Source of the DNA: Parcubacteria group bacterium
GTDB taxonomy: Bacteria > Patescibacteriota > Minisyncoccia > UBA10092
Direction: 5' to 3'
Assembly (NCBI GenBank): GCA_016186325.1
Contig: JACPLW010000002.1
Span: 1,485 to 65,484, forward strand
DNA length: 64,000 nt
The notes under the pieces are model-generated. The model was not told where the DNA came from. It did not search any database and worked only from the letters and a program-made list of their open reading frames with translations. This document shows positions 9,183 through 19,352 of this stretch, piece after piece (within the stretch, counting starts at the first letter, position 1; every line of letters begins with the position of its first letter). The translations under genes and the position numbers were made by a program.

Positions 9183-10418
9183 TTAAACTTTTTCTTCTTT
9201 CCCGCCCGTCATTGCCTGCGCCTGCCCGCCAGTCGCTGATGCTCCAGGCATCTGCAGGCGGGGCTCAGACTGCTCACGGACAGGCAAAAGACCCAAACTC
9301 ATCCGGTGTTCATCGGGAATAAAAGTTAAAACTTGAAATTTATATTTTTTGCCCGCTTCAAGCGCGGCTTTCATTTTATCGCCTGTGCCAAACTCCGAAA
9401 TATGACAAAGTCCTTGCAAAGATTCGTTATCCGGACAAACCACCTCAACAAAAGCGCCAAATGGATTAAACTTTTTAACCAGACCTTCAACTGTTTTGCC
9501 TTTTTCAAAATGAGGAATGGCCACTTTCCAAGGATCGGGCTTTAACCGCTTTAAAGACAGAGAAATCCTGTCATTGGTGATGTCAATAATCTGGGCAGAA
9601 ACATCATCACCGACTTTCACAAAATCAGCCGGATTTTCTATTAATTGCCAATCAAGTTCGGAAATGTGAATTAGCCCTTCGAGCTTGTCTTCACCAGCGG
9701 GCTTGCCCTCCGTAACCACGCTTTGCGGGGTGAAGGAGGACCATTTTATAAACGCGCCCCAATCAACAATGCCGGAAATCTCACCTTTGACAATATCGCC
9801 TATTTGATAATGGCCGATGGCCTCTTTAAAGTTTTCTTCTTCGGCCGCTTTTTCCGAAACAATCAGTTTGCCTTCTTTAGAATCAAAGTCTAAAACGCGC
9901 ACCTTAAAGTCACAGCCTATGAATTTTAACAGCTCTTCTAATATCTTTGTTTTGTCTCCGCCCTCAACCCGCGGGTAATGTTCGTTTGAGAGCTGACTAA
10001 CCGGAAGAAATCCGGCAACGCCGCTGATTTCAATCATCAGTCCGCCGCGATTGGCGTTAATTATTTTTGTGACAACTGCTTTATTTGTCTTTTTCAGTTC
10101 ACGAATCAAATCCCATGATTTCTGACTTTGAGCTTCCGCGAGAGACAACTCTCTTAAACCGGCCTCATTTTCGACTTCCACAATTTTGGCAAAAACACTA
10201 TCGCCGATTTTCAGGTTCTTTATTATGTTTTGGGCATTGGCAAATTCTATGCCGTAAACAATGCCAATACCGAAAATGCCAAGATCAATATATAAATTCT
10301 TGGCGGTTTTATTTAGCACTCTTCCTTCAATTACCTCGCCGGCCTTGGGCATGTTAAATGCTTTTGGCAGTTTGGCCAGAAGATTTTGCATATTTAAAAT
10401 TCCTATTTGAGCTTCCAT
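9183..10418 (-). CDS. rpsA: 30S ribosomal protein S1 (four S1 domains)
   Basis: 411 aa with repeated S1 OB-fold signatures (GxV.G.V..I...GaFV); GC-rich C-terminal tail. Confidence 0.8.
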   Translation of the reverse strand: MEAQIGILNMQNLLAKLPKAFNMPKAGEVIEGRVLNKTAKNLYIDLGIFGIGIVYGIEFANAQNIIKNLKIGDSVFAKIVEVENEAGLRELSLAEAQSQKSWDLIRELKKTNKAVVTKIINANRGGLMIEISGVAGFLPVSQLSNEHYPRVEGGDKTKILEELLKFIGCDFKVRVLDFDSKEGKLIVSEKAAEEENFKEAIGHYQIGDIVKGEISGIVDWGAFIKWSSFTPQSVVTEGKPAGEDKLEGLIHISELDWQLIENPADFVKVGDDVSAQIIDITNDRISLSLKRLKPDPWKVAIPHFEKGKTVEGLVKKFNPFGAFVEVVCPDNESLQGLCHISEFGTGDKMKAALEAGKKYKFQVLTFIPDEHRMSLGLLPVREQSEPRLQMPGASATGGQAQAMTGGKEEKV

Positions 10419-10485
10419 ACCTCACCAAGGTTATCATAAAATATCTTCTTGTCAACTGTCATAAAATCTGATAACATTTTCTCAT

Positions 10486-11208
10486 ATGACAATTTCTTGG
10501 TATGGAGAGGCCTGCTTTTTACTTGAAAGCGGGGGCATAAGAATCTTAATCGAACCGCCGCAAAAAGAATCCGGAATTAATCCACCTCGCTTAAAAAGCG
10601 ATGTTTTGGTTTATTCCCGCCCCAAAGGGGCGCCGCCGGAGGCGAGCCTCGCCAAGGGCGGGAGGCTCGCCTCATCAAATGAGGCGGCGAAACCTCGCGC
10701 CGAGAGAGTGGCTTTTTCCGACCCAGAATCAGGAGCGTTTATAATCGAATCGCCGGGCGAATACGAAGTTAAGGGCGCCAATATCCTAGGGATTGCCGAC
10801 CCCGCAGCTGCGGGGCAAGCAAATATTATATATAGCATTGAAATGGACGAAATAAAAATCGCCCATCTCGGTTTTGCGAATAAAAAATTTAATAGTGAAA
10901 AATTAGCAGAGCTTGACGATCCGGACATTGTTCTCGCGCCTGTTGGCGGAGGCGACATTTTGGACGCCGAAGGAGCAATGAACGTTATAAACCAGCTGGA
11001 ACCGAGCATTGCCATTCCAATGCTCTATGATATAAAGGGATTGAAAACCAAAAAAGCCCCTCTTTCCATGTTTCTTAAAGAAAGCGAGGCGAAAGAATCT
11101 CCCCAGCCAAAATTAATAATTAAGAAAAAGGACTTGGTCGAGGAAGAAACAAAAATTATAATTTTATCCCCCTACGGGGGATCTCCCGCAGGGAGAGAAC
11201 AATCATAA
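10486..11208 (+). CDS. MBL-fold metal-dependent hydrolase-like protein (UPF0173-like) with GC-rich in-frame insertion
   Basis: N-terminus MTISWYGEACFLLE and C-terminal DIVLAPVGGGDILDAEGAMNVINQL..IPMLYD fit the family; central ~45 aa (GAPPEASLAKGGRLASSNEAAKPRAERVA) is encoded by GC-rich palindromic DNA. Confidence 0.55.
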   Translation: MTISWYGEACFLLESGGIRILIEPPQKESGINPPRLKSDVLVYSRPKGAPPEASLAKGGRLASSNEAAKPRAERVAFSDPESGAFIIESPGEYEVKGANILGIADPAAAGQANIIYSIEMDEIKIAHLGFANKKFNSEKLAELDDPDIVLAPVGGGDILDAEGAMNVINQLEPSIAIPMLYDIKGLKTKKAPLSMFLKESEAKESPQPKLIIKKKDLVEEETKIIILSPYGGSPAGREQS

Positions 11209-11456
11209 TGAAACGAATACTGGAAAACATCCAAACCAAACCTGGCGCCGTAAAACACGTAGTAATGTGGGTCGGAATTTTTTTAATAATGACCGCGATT
11301 TTTAGCTTTTGGCTTATGACTTTTTCCTGGCAAGTATCTCAAACTGCGGAAAATAACTCCGCTTCAGAACTTGAAAAAGAGCTGCCATCGGTTTTTAACA
11401 GTTTAAAATCACAGACCGGCCTTCTTTTTGAAACTATGAAAAACTTAGGCAAATAA
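11208..11456 (+). CDS. small membrane protein (hypothetical)
   Basis: 82 aa with one hydrophobic helix; start overlaps upstream stop (ATGA). Confidence 0.4.
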   Translation: MKRILENIQTKPGAVKHVVMWVGIFLIMTAIFSFWLMTFSWQVSQTAENNSASELEKELPSVFNSLKSQTGLLFETMKNLGK

Positions 11457-11506
11457 AATGGTCCCCCCACCCTTTGCGGATTTTGCTCTAAGTTTAAAAA
11501 TGGATA

Positions 11507-14044
11507 ATGACTAAAAAAATAATCACAAACTCTAAAGAAACCCCTAAAAACGAAAGAGATTCGCAAAACTTAAACTTATCCGCAAAGGGTGGGGGAGAAA
11601 CGGGCTACGTAAAACCGCGGGAAATCGTCCGCGAGATGGAAGATTCGTATCTTGAGTACGCGATGTCGGTTATTATTTCCCGCGCTCTTCCCGATGTCAG
11701 AGACGGACTAAAGCCGGTTCACCGCCGGATTCTTTATGCCATGCACGATCTGGGCCTGACCCATCAGGCAAAATTCCGCAAATCGGCTCTTGTTGTCGGC
11801 GAGGTTTTGGGTAAATATCATCCGCACGGCGATATTTCGGTTTACGACGCCTTAACCCGGTTGGCGCAGGACTTTTCTTTGCGTTACCCGCTGGTAAACG
11901 GACAAGGTAATTTCGGAAGCATTGACGCCGACGCGCCGGCGGCGATGCGTTACACGGAGGCGCGGCTTACTTCGCTCGCCGAGGAAATGCTAAAAGACAT
12001 AGATAAAAACACTGTAGATTTTATTGATAATTATGACGCCACCCGCAAAGAGCCAAAAGTTCTTCCGGCCGCTGTTCCCCAGCTTCTTTTAAACGGCACC
12101 GTGGGTATAGCCGTAGGTATGGCTACAAATATTCCGCCCCATAATCTTGGGGAGATAATTGACGCTACTTGCCAACTTATTAAACATCCTAAAAGTTCGG
12201 TTGAAGACCTTTTGGAATTCGTAAAGGGTCCCGACTTTCCGACCGGCGGCATTATTTATTCCAAAAAAGATATTGCCGCCGCTTACGCCACCGGTAGGGG
12301 GCCTATTATCGCCCGCGGCGTAGCCGAAGCGGTTGAGGATAAAAAAGGCCGCGCTCAAATAATAATTACCGAAATTCCGTATCAGGTAAATAAATCAACC
12401 CTTCTTGAAAAAATTGCCGAGCTTGTCAGCGAGAAAAAAATTGACGGTATCCGCGACTTACGCGACGAATCGGACAGGGAGGGCATGAGAATTGTCATTG
12501 AGCTCAAAAGCGACGCCGCGCCGCAAAAGATTTTGAATAACCTCTACAAGCACACCGATCTTCAAAAAACTTTCCACTTAAACATGCTGGCTTTAGTTGA
12601 CGAAATCCAACCGCAAGTTCTTTCGCTTAAGGCCGTTTTGGAATATTACCTAAAACACCGAGAAGAAGTGGTGGTGCGTCGCGTAAAATACGATTTGGTA
12701 AAAGCGCAAGAGCGAGCGCATATATTAGAGGGCTTAAAAAAAGCGCTTGATTCAATTGATGAAGTAATTAAGGTTATAAAGAAATCGCAAGACAGGAGCG
12801 AGGCCTTAAAAAATCTTATAAACAGGTTCAAACTCACGGAAATTCAGGGGAGCGCTATTTTGGAAATGAAACTTGCCACTCTAGCCAATCTTGAAAGAAA
12901 AAAGATTGAAGATGAACTTATTGAAAAGGTAAAATTGATTAAAGAATTGACCCTTATTTTAAAAAGCCGCGAAAAAATACTGGAAATAATTTATCAAGAG
13001 CTTCAGGCAATAAAAGAAAAATATAACGACCAGAGAAAAACGAAAGTTATGGCCTCGTCTCTGGGCGAATTCAGAGAAGAAGATTTGGTACCGCTTGAAG
13101 AAGCTGTCGTAGTCTTAACCGAATCCGGATACATTAAAAGAATGAATCCCTCTCTAGTCCGCTCACAGCATCGCGGCGGCAAGGGCATGACCGGAATGTC
13201 TACAAAAGAAGAGGACGCTGTCACCCACTTTGTTTCAGCAAAAACCCACGATAACGTTTTGTTCTTCACCAACACCGGCCGCGTTTTCCAAACTAAGGTC
13301 TGGGAAATTCCGGAGGCCAGCCGGCAATCGCGCGGCAAAGCCGCAGTAAACTTTTTGGCCTTGAGCGGCGATGAAAGAGTTAACGCGATTCTGACATACA
13401 ACGAAAAACAGCTAAAGGAGAAGGGCACTGAAAAGTTCTTGGTGATGGCAACCAAGAGCGGACTAGTCAAAAAAACACCGATCGCCGACTTCGGTTCGGT
13501 TCGTCATTCCGGCCTCATTGCCATAAAACTTAAGAAGGGCGACTCTCTCAAGTGGGTAAAAGGCTCTTCGGGCGAAGACCAAATAATTTTTGTAACTATG
13601 CTCGGGCAAGCGATAAGATTTTCGGAAAAAGACGCGCGGCCATTGGGGCGGGCGACAGCCGGAATGCATGGCATCCGCCTGCATCAGGGCGACGAAGTTG
13701 TCAGCATGGATGTAATAACCGCCTCGGCCGCAAAAGACCAAAACACCAAATTCTTGGTGATTATGGAAAACGGTTTCGGCAAAAAAACATTCATTAAATT
13801 TTACAAAAAACAAAACCGGGGCGGTTCCGGCGTTAAAACCGCTAAAGTTACCCCTAAGACCGGAAAAATCGTTTCGGCGTTCATTATAGGACCAGACACT
13901 AAGGAAATGATTGCCATTTCAAAAAAAGGCGTAGTAATCCGCCTTGATCTTGAGTCAATTTCAACCGTTTCACGTGTAACCCAAGGCGTCCGTATAATGA
14001 GAGTTGAAGCGGGAGATAAAGTAGTTTCAGCAACGTTGTTGTAG
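11507..14044 (+). CDS. gyrA: DNA gyrase subunit A
   Basis: 845 aa; [37 protein letters not shown]; full-length GyrA with C-terminal beta-pinwheel repeats. Confidence 0.95.
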   Translation: MTKKIITNSKETPKNERDSQNLNLSAKGGGETGYVKPREIVREMEDSYLEYAMSVIISRALPDVRDGLKPVHRRILYAMHDLGLTHQAKFRKSALVVGEVLGKYHPHGDISVYDALTRLAQDFSLRYPLVNGQGNFGSIDADAPAAMRYTEARLTSLAEEMLKDIDKNTVDFIDNYDATRKEPKVLPAAVPQLLLNGTVGIAVGMATNIPPHNLGEIIDATCQLIKHPKSSVEDLLEFVKGPDFPTGGIIYSKKDIAAAYATGRGPIIARGVAEAVEDKKGRAQIIITEIPYQVNKSTLLEKIAELVSEKKIDGIRDLRDESDREGMRIVIELKSDAAPQKILNNLYKHTDLQKTFHLNMLALVDEIQPQVLSLKAVLEYYLKHREEVVVRRVKYDLVKAQERAHILEGLKKALDSIDEVIKVIKKSQDRSEALKNLINRFKLTEIQGSAILEMKLATLANLERKKIEDELIEKVKLIKELTLILKSREKILEIIYQELQAIKEKYNDQRKTKVMASSLGEFREEDLVPLEEAVVVLTESGYIKRMNPSLVRSQHRGGKGMTGMSTKEEDAVTHFVSAKTHDNVLFFTNTGRVFQTKVWEIPEASRQSRGKAAVNFLALSGDERVNAILTYNEKQLKEKGTEKFLVMATKSGLVKKTPIADFGSVRHSGLIAIKLKKGDSLKWVKGSSGEDQIIFVTMLGQAIRFSEKDARPLGRATAGMHGIRLHQGDEVVSMDVITASAAKDQNTKFLVIMENGFGKKTFIKFYKKQNRGGSGVKTAKVTPKTGKIVSAFIIGPDTKEMIAISKKGVVIRLDLESISTVSRVTQGVRIMRVEAGDKVVSATLL

Positions 14045-14185
14045 CGACTTTACCATAGGAACTATTCTGCAGTGATCATATAGTGTATTTCAAAAGTTAC
14101 AACTTAAGAACCGATCGGAAATTAAGTTGTTAAAAATTTAAATTATGTCAAAACCTATAAAAGTTAAAAAGACATTAAAATAATT

Positions 14186-14213
14186 GAGGGCCCTCGCATT
14201 GCGCGGGGGCCCT
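14186..14213. terminator. bidirectional terminator (GGGCCC stem) after gyrA and after GC-rich gene 14224-14715
   Basis: AGGGCCCTCGCATTGCGCGGGGGCCCT followed by T-rich tracts on both strands. Confidence 0.55.
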
Positions 14214-14223
14214 TATATTTATT

Positions 14224-14715
14224 TCACCTGAGTCGCTTCTGGCAGCAACCCAGATCCCCCATCCATCCGCACGACGTGCGGAGATGGGCGATCCTACTGC
14301 TGCTCGTCACCCTGGGAGGAGACTCCATGGTGATGAACGGCACCGGCTCGACTGCCGCCGGCTTCCGTGGAGGAAGAGCGACGAGCTTGACGCTCACCAG
14401 CCGGCGCGGCCTCTCCTTCCTGGGCAGTGCCCAAGAATGGTGGCCGTTCGAAACTGCGTCCGCGGCCACACCAGCGAAGGTTGCGCCGTGCGCAACCTCC
14501 TCGAGGATTTCGCGGCGCTCCTTGCCCTGACGGTTGTAACCGCAGAGCAACTTGAACGGATCGGAACTATCGAGATTAAGGATAGACCCACGACGCGTGA
14601 TGCCGCGTGAGGCCTTACTCCCGATGAGTTTCGCATCTCCTCGCCGCCGCCGTCTCGTGTCCAGGCGGCGGTTGTTGCCGTCGTCGTAGGTGTTCCTGAA
14701 CCGCCCAAATTGCAT
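14224..14715 (-). CDS. hypothetical protein (GC-rich island gene)
   Basis: 163 aa; strong SD GAAGGAGGAGG 5 nt before ATG; Arg-rich; no recognisable family. Confidence 0.45.
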   Translation of the reverse strand: MQFGRFRNTYDDGNNRRLDTRRRRRGDAKLIGSKASRGITRRGSILNLDSSDPFKLLCGYNRQGKERREILEEVAHGATFAGVAADAVSNGHHSWALPRKERPRRLVSVKLVALPPRKPAAVEPVPFITMESPPRVTSSSRIAHLRTSCGWMGDLGCCQKRLR

Positions 14716-14750
14716 CTTCGCCTCCTCCTTCTTCTTTATTTAAAAAAACA

Positions 14751-14773
14751 GGGGGGGGTCGAACCGCCCCCCT
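14751..14773 (-). terminator. intrinsic terminator between the two GC-rich genes
   Basis: Minus strand GGGGGGCGGTTCGACCCCCCCC followed by TGTTTTTTT. Confidence 0.6.
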
Positions 14774-14779
14774 CGGATC

Positions 14780-15034
14780 CTAGACGACGACGCGCTTCGC
14801 GCTCGACGCGTGGAGCTCGTCGAGCGCCGCCTGGGTGAGGTTCTTGCGGACCCACATGTGGGCTCCGCAGAAGAGCGGCCGCACGCCCGGACGGCGCGCC
14901 TTCGTCGCGCGCTCGCCGCCGTTGCCCCGCTTCTGACGGCGGGGGTTGTCGCAATCGGCGACGCGGCACGACGCCTTGAAATGCGCGAGCCACTCTTCGC
15001 GAGGTGGAATGACGGCCACGATTTCGTAGCCCAT
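14780..15034 (-). CDS. hypothetical protein (GC-rich island gene)
   Basis: 84 aa; SD AAAGGAGAGAGG before ATG; Cys/His-containing. Confidence 0.45.
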   Translation of the reverse strand: MGYEIVAVIPPREEWLAHFKASCRVADCDNPRRQKRGNGGERATKARRPGVRPLFCGAHMWVRKNLTQAALDELHASSAKRVVV

Positions 15035-15109
15035 GGTCCTCTCTCCTTTTGCCCCGCAACTGCAGGGCTTGTAAGAGTTTCGTGAAAGAACGGTTAACTA
15101 TGCTTAATT

Positions 15110-15138
15110 ATTATAATCTATATTCAACAATTTGTCAA
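15110..15138 (-). promoter_or_regulatory. perfect consensus sigma70 promoter (TTGACA-17-TATAAT) for GC-rich genes 15034-14224
   Basis: Minus strand reads TTGACAaattgttgaatatagatTATAAT; the ~70-nt leader contains the family-A motif CCCTGCAGTTGCGGGG. Confidence 0.65.
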
Positions 15139-15172
15139 TACCGCGCCCAATGTGCTAAAATAGGCAACATAT

Positions 15173-16633
15173 ATGACTAAAGAAAGTTTAAATATCCCAA
15201 AAGAAGTTAGAGAAACAATAAAGGCGCTAAATGACGCGGGGTTTGAGGCGTATGCCGTTGGCGGGTGCGTGCGCGATTTTATTTTGGGCCGGGAACCGAA
15301 CGATTGGGATATAACCACCAACGCTAAACCGGATGAAATCCAGAAAATATTTAAAAACAGCGTTTACGAAAATGATTTTGGCACGGTAGCGATAAACACA
15401 GAAAGCCAAAACGAACGGCTTAAAATAATAGAAATTACCACTTACCGGATAGAAGAAAAATACACCGACAAAAGACACCCCGATGCCGTTAAATTCACGA
15501 CAAAGCTTGAAGACGATTTGGCAAGGCGCGATTTTACCGTAAACGCCATCGCTTACGACGGAAAAAAATTTATTGATCCTTTCGGCGGACAAAAAGACAT
15601 CGCCTCTAAAATTATCAGAACCGTTGGCAACCCGAAAGAAAGATTTAATGAAGATGCCTTGCGCCTGATGCGCGCCATCCGCTTCGCCGTCCAGCTGAAT
15701 TTTAAAATTGATAAAAAAACCGTAGAAGGTATTGGGGAAAATTCCGGCGATATCGTGGCCATATCCAAAGAGCGCATCCGCGACGAAGTAATAAAAATCA
15801 TAAAAACAGAAAACGCCATGGCCGGCATTGAGATGTTAAGCGAATTCGGGCTTTTGAAACACATCATGCCAGAAATGGAAGAAGGGATTAATGTGGGTCA
15901 AAACAAACATCATATTTATACCGTCTGGGAACATAATTTAAGAGCTTTAGATTGGGCAGCAAAAAATGATTATAAAATGGAAGTTAGAATGGCTTCCCTG
16001 CTTCACGATGTCGGAAAGCCCAGAGCCAAACAGGGAGACGGGCCCGATTCCACTTTTTATAATCATGAAGTAGTCGGCGCTAAAATGACCGCTCAAATTT
16101 TGGAACGGTTAAAGTTCCCTAAAAAATTCGTTGAAAAAGTAACGCTTTTGGTACGCTATCACTTATTTTACTATAATGTTGAAGAAGTCAGCGAAAGCTC
16201 GGTGCGCCGGCTGGTAAAAAACGTCGGTCCGGAAAACATGGACGATCTTTTGGAAGTAAGAATGGCCGATAGAAAAGGTTCGGGCGTCCCCAAAGCCGAG
16301 CCATATAAGTTGCGCCACCTCCGCGCTATTATTGAAAAAGTATCGCGCGACCCGATTTCTGTAAAAATGCTTAAAATCAACGGAAATGATTTAATGAAAG
16401 AGTTGAAAATGGAACCGGGGCCGCGCTTGGGCTATATACTAAATATCCTTCTTGACGAAGTTTTAGACAACCCGAATAAAAACACAAAGGAGCATCTTTT
16501 AGAGAACGCTAAAAAATTAAATAAAGAACCGCTTGAAAAACTGGAAAAATTATTTAAAATGGCTCAAGCTAAAACACAGGAAGCGGCGGAAGAAGAATTT
16601 AAGGGAATTAAGGAGAAATATTACGTAAAATGA
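15173..16633 (+). CDS. cca: CCA-adding tRNA nucleotidyltransferase with HD domain
   Basis: GGCVRDFILGREPNDWDITT head domain; HD motif LLHDVGK. Confidence 0.85.
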   Translation: MTKESLNIPKEVRETIKALNDAGFEAYAVGGCVRDFILGREPNDWDITTNAKPDEIQKIFKNSVYENDFGTVAINTESQNERLKIIEITTYRIEEKYTDKRHPDAVKFTTKLEDDLARRDFTVNAIAYDGKKFIDPFGGQKDIASKIIRTVGNPKERFNEDALRLMRAIRFAVQLNFKIDKKTVEGIGENSGDIVAISKERIRDEVIKIIKTENAMAGIEMLSEFGLLKHIMPEMEEGINVGQNKHHIYTVWEHNLRALDWAAKNDYKMEVRMASLLHDVGKPRAKQGDGPDSTFYNHEVVGAKMTAQILERLKFPKKFVEKVTLLVRYHLFYYNVEEVSESSVRRLVKNVGPENMDDLLEVRMADRKGSGVPKAEPYKLRHLRAIIEKVSRDPISVKMLKINGNDLMKELKMEPGPRLGYILNILLDEVLDNPNKNTKEHLLENAKKLNKEPLEKLEKLFKMAQAKTQEAAEEEFKGIKEKYYVK

Positions 16634-17496
16634 AACATCAAGAAAAATTAGGAAGGCCGGTCATTGAAGACCCGGAAAATGGGAAGGATAAAGAATTGGG
16701 CCAGCCGGTAATTGAAGAGGAATTTGAAAAGGAGTCGGTTGAAGCAACACTTGCCGTGGTTAGAGAAGCGCTTGAGGAATTTTACAGCCGCCGGTCAAGT
16801 CGCGAAGATCAAACTGCTCTCTTTTTGCAAACCATGCGTGATCCGACGGAGCCCCTTACGATATCTGTGGAAGAAATAAAAAAAGAAGATGGCGACGTAA
16901 CTATTCCGCTTGCCATATTAGAAGCGGTAAGAGGCGAGATACAGTACGAATACGATGCCTTGAACTCGTTTGAGCTTGACGCGGAAAACCGGAGCGAAAA
17001 TGAAAAAATTGAAACGCTGCGCCGAGATGACTTTGAAAAAGAACTGCATTATCAGGAAGCCAGCGACGTTCTTTTTTCACATGCCGATTATGAAAGGCCG
17101 ACCCACGACGATCTTTTGAAATACCTTAGCAAAATAAAAGGATATATTAGGAAACTTGCAAAAGAAGAAGAGGAAAAATATAAAGGCGCGGGAGAGAGCG
17201 AGAGCAAGAACAGGATTCTTCGTTCACGGCTTTTAACCGATGTCCCGGCAATCGAGAGGTATGAAACCGGACGGCATACAACCCGCGACTATCGGGAAAT
17301 TATGGATGCAATCGATGCTAATCTTTTGGGTTATCGGGACCAAATAGGCGCCGCACTTCTTCAGTATGCGAACGATCCGCAAGAAATGTTTGTAAGCTAT
17401 ATAAAACAGAGTCTTAAAGAAACCAGAAGGCTAGAACTTATTCTTTCACAGCTTGAAGGCGAGCGAAACGAACGTGTCGCCAAAAAACAGCCATAA
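16630..17496 (+). CDS. hypothetical acidic protein
   Basis: 288-aa ORF overlapping the cca stop (ATGA); no motif recognised. Confidence 0.55.
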   Translation: MKHQEKLGRPVIEDPENGKDKELGQPVIEEEFEKESVEATLAVVREALEEFYSRRSSREDQTALFLQTMRDPTEPLTISVEEIKKEDGDVTIPLAILEAVRGEIQYEYDALNSFELDAENRSENEKIETLRRDDFEKELHYQEASDVLFSHADYERPTHDDLLKYLSKIKGYIRKLAKEEEEKYKGAGESESKNRILRSRLLTDVPAIERYETGRHTTRDYREIMDAIDANLLGYRDQIGAALLQYANDPQEMFVSYIKQSLKETRRLELILSQLEGERNERVAKKQP

Positions 17497-17653
17497 TTTT
17501 ATCGGGGCATAGTATACCGGCAGTACGCAGAAGAAAAATTTTATTATTTCTATAATCGGGCAATTAAAATCTAAAACAGGGTGTGGTCTAGCAGCTATGA
17601 CGCCGGCTTCGGGAGTCGGAAATCGAGGGTGCAAGCCCCTCCACCCTGACAGG

Positions 17654-18550
17654 TCAAGCAGTAAGAAACTTTTTAAACTTATTTTTCAGGTTCTTCTCTG
17701 AAAATTCCTTAGGGTAAATGTCTTTAGAATAAATCGCTATTAAAGCAATTTTATTTTTATAACAAAGTTTCTTTTTTTCTTTTATGGCCCGGTCATATCT
17801 GGGGCTATCGTTTGCTAACCCAAAATATTCTACAAAAGTTTCTTTATTTTTAGCGAATACTTTCCAATCCGTTTTATGGTGTGTTTTTGGATAACACGCA
17901 TCTCTTTCGTGTAATATATTATTTTTATAAAGCCAGTTATCAATCAAAAGCTCCGAAACGGAATCGCATAAATGACCATCTATAGCCGTAGCATTAATAC
18001 GCCTATACATCCGATTGTCGTGTGAGCGATTGGGGATAAACCCTGCCGCCTGAATAGTATTATTCCAAGAACCAAAAATTTTTATACACGACTTAGTAAT
18101 TCTTTCCATCTCTCGCCTCGCGGGTACTCTTTCAAATTTCTGCGTAAACTGTTTTATGATATCTATAAGTTGTTCAGAGGTATGGCTCCTTGTTTCTATC
18201 CGGCACTTCATAGAGCAATATTTTAGATTTCCATTACCCTTTTTGAAATGCTCTTTGCAATTTATGCAAGTTTTTAATTGCGCCTTTCTCTTCGGACTTT
18301 TTTTATTATTTACTATTGCGGCACAAGACCGAGAACAATAACTATGTGGAGAGATTTCGTTGGGTGTTCGTTTGAAAATCTTGCCGCAATTTTCACATAT
18401 CAATTTTTGTTTTTTCGTTTTATAGTAGTATTCGCACTTTCTTGAACAATAAAAATTCCACTTAAATTTTAAATTTTCATTAAATCGACCGACACTTCGA
18501 TAAACTGGCTTTTTACAATTTTTACAAAAAACTTTTTTAAGATTGGTCAT
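17654..18550 (-). CDS. multi zinc-ribbon protein with possible nuclease-like C-terminal domain
   Basis: 298 aa; at least five CxxC pairs in the N-terminal half; C-terminal IDGHLCDSVSELLIDNWL...HERD weakly resembles endonuclease folds. Confidence 0.5.
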   Translation of the reverse strand: MTNLKKVFCKNCKKPVYRSVGRFNENLKFKWNFYCSRKCEYYYKTKKQKLICENCGKIFKRTPNEISPHSYCSRSCAAIVNNKKSPKRKAQLKTCINCKEHFKKGNGNLKYCSMKCRIETRSHTSEQLIDIIKQFTQKFERVPARREMERITKSCIKIFGSWNNTIQAAGFIPNRSHDNRMYRRINATAIDGHLCDSVSELLIDNWLYKNNILHERDACYPKTHHKTDWKVFAKNKETFVEYFGLANDSPRYDRAIKEKKKLCYKNKIALIAIYSKDIYPKEFSEKNLKNKFKKFLTA

Positions 18551-18746
18551 GGGTATTATTTACTATTTTGTGTTTTATAAATTAATGTTAAATTAAAAGA
18601 GCTTAGTCTTTATTGATTATACCATAAATGGGAGGATTTAGCACTGGTTCGATTCCCAATGCCCCGACCAGTTGAAATAAAACTATTTCGCTTTTGCAAT
18701 AGTTTAAAGTATGGTAGAGTTGTTGAATTAAGATGCGCAACAATAA

Positions 18747-19352
18747 ATGAACTTCCTTGAAGAATCCGTAAAAGAAGACCTAAGTCAGCCAAAGGATGAG
18801 GAAATTTTGATTTTATCGCTTGATAAGCCGGCGCTTTTTAAAATTTTAATTGACCGTTACGAAGCGGCTTTTTTAAGAAAAGCGTTTGATATCCTGAAAC
18901 AACATGAAGAGGCCGAGGATATAGTTCAGGAAACATTCGTAAAAATTTATTTTAACGCCAAAAAATTCAAAAAAATGGCGGGGATTGAGTTTAAGAGCTG
19001 GGCTTACAAGATCCTCGTAAATACCGCCATCAGCCGATATCGGAAAACGAGCAAAAAATGGCAGGCCGAATCTACCAATCCGCTTGATTTGGAGCTAGCA
19101 AGCGAGCGAAACTTATCAACCGAAGATATCGTTTTAGAAAGCGAGACAAAAAGCTTGGCGTCTGAATTATTGTCGCGCCTTCCCGAACAACTCGGCCGCT
19201 TGCTTTCAAAATACTATATTGAAGACAAGCCGTATAAGGATATAGCAAAAGAAGAGTCAATAACTGTTCCGGCCTTAAAAATGAAGTTATTTCGAGCCAA
19301 AAAAATTCTAAAAAATCTTACCAAAAACGATGAAAACGGACATAAAATATAA
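18747..19352 (+). CDS. RNA polymerase sigma-70 family (ECF-type) sigma factor
   Basis: Region 2 EDIVQETFVKIY...WAYKILVN; region 4 helix-turn-helix YKDIAKEESITVPALKMKLFRAKKIL. Confidence 0.75.
   Translation: MNFLEESVKEDLSQPKDEEILILSLDKPALFKILIDRYEAAFLRKAFDILKQHEEAEDIVQETFVKIYFNAKKFKKMAGIEFKSWAYKILVNTAISRYRKTSKKWQAESTNPLDLELASERNLSTEDIVLESETKSLASELLSRLPEQLGRLLSKYYIEDKPYKDIAKEESITVPALKMKLFRAKKILKNLTKNDENGHKI

Noticed and set aside
14284-14708. Alternative-frame ORFs inside the GC-rich island
   Set aside because: Lack SD sequences. The two minus-strand ORFs with strong SDs and terminators were preferred.
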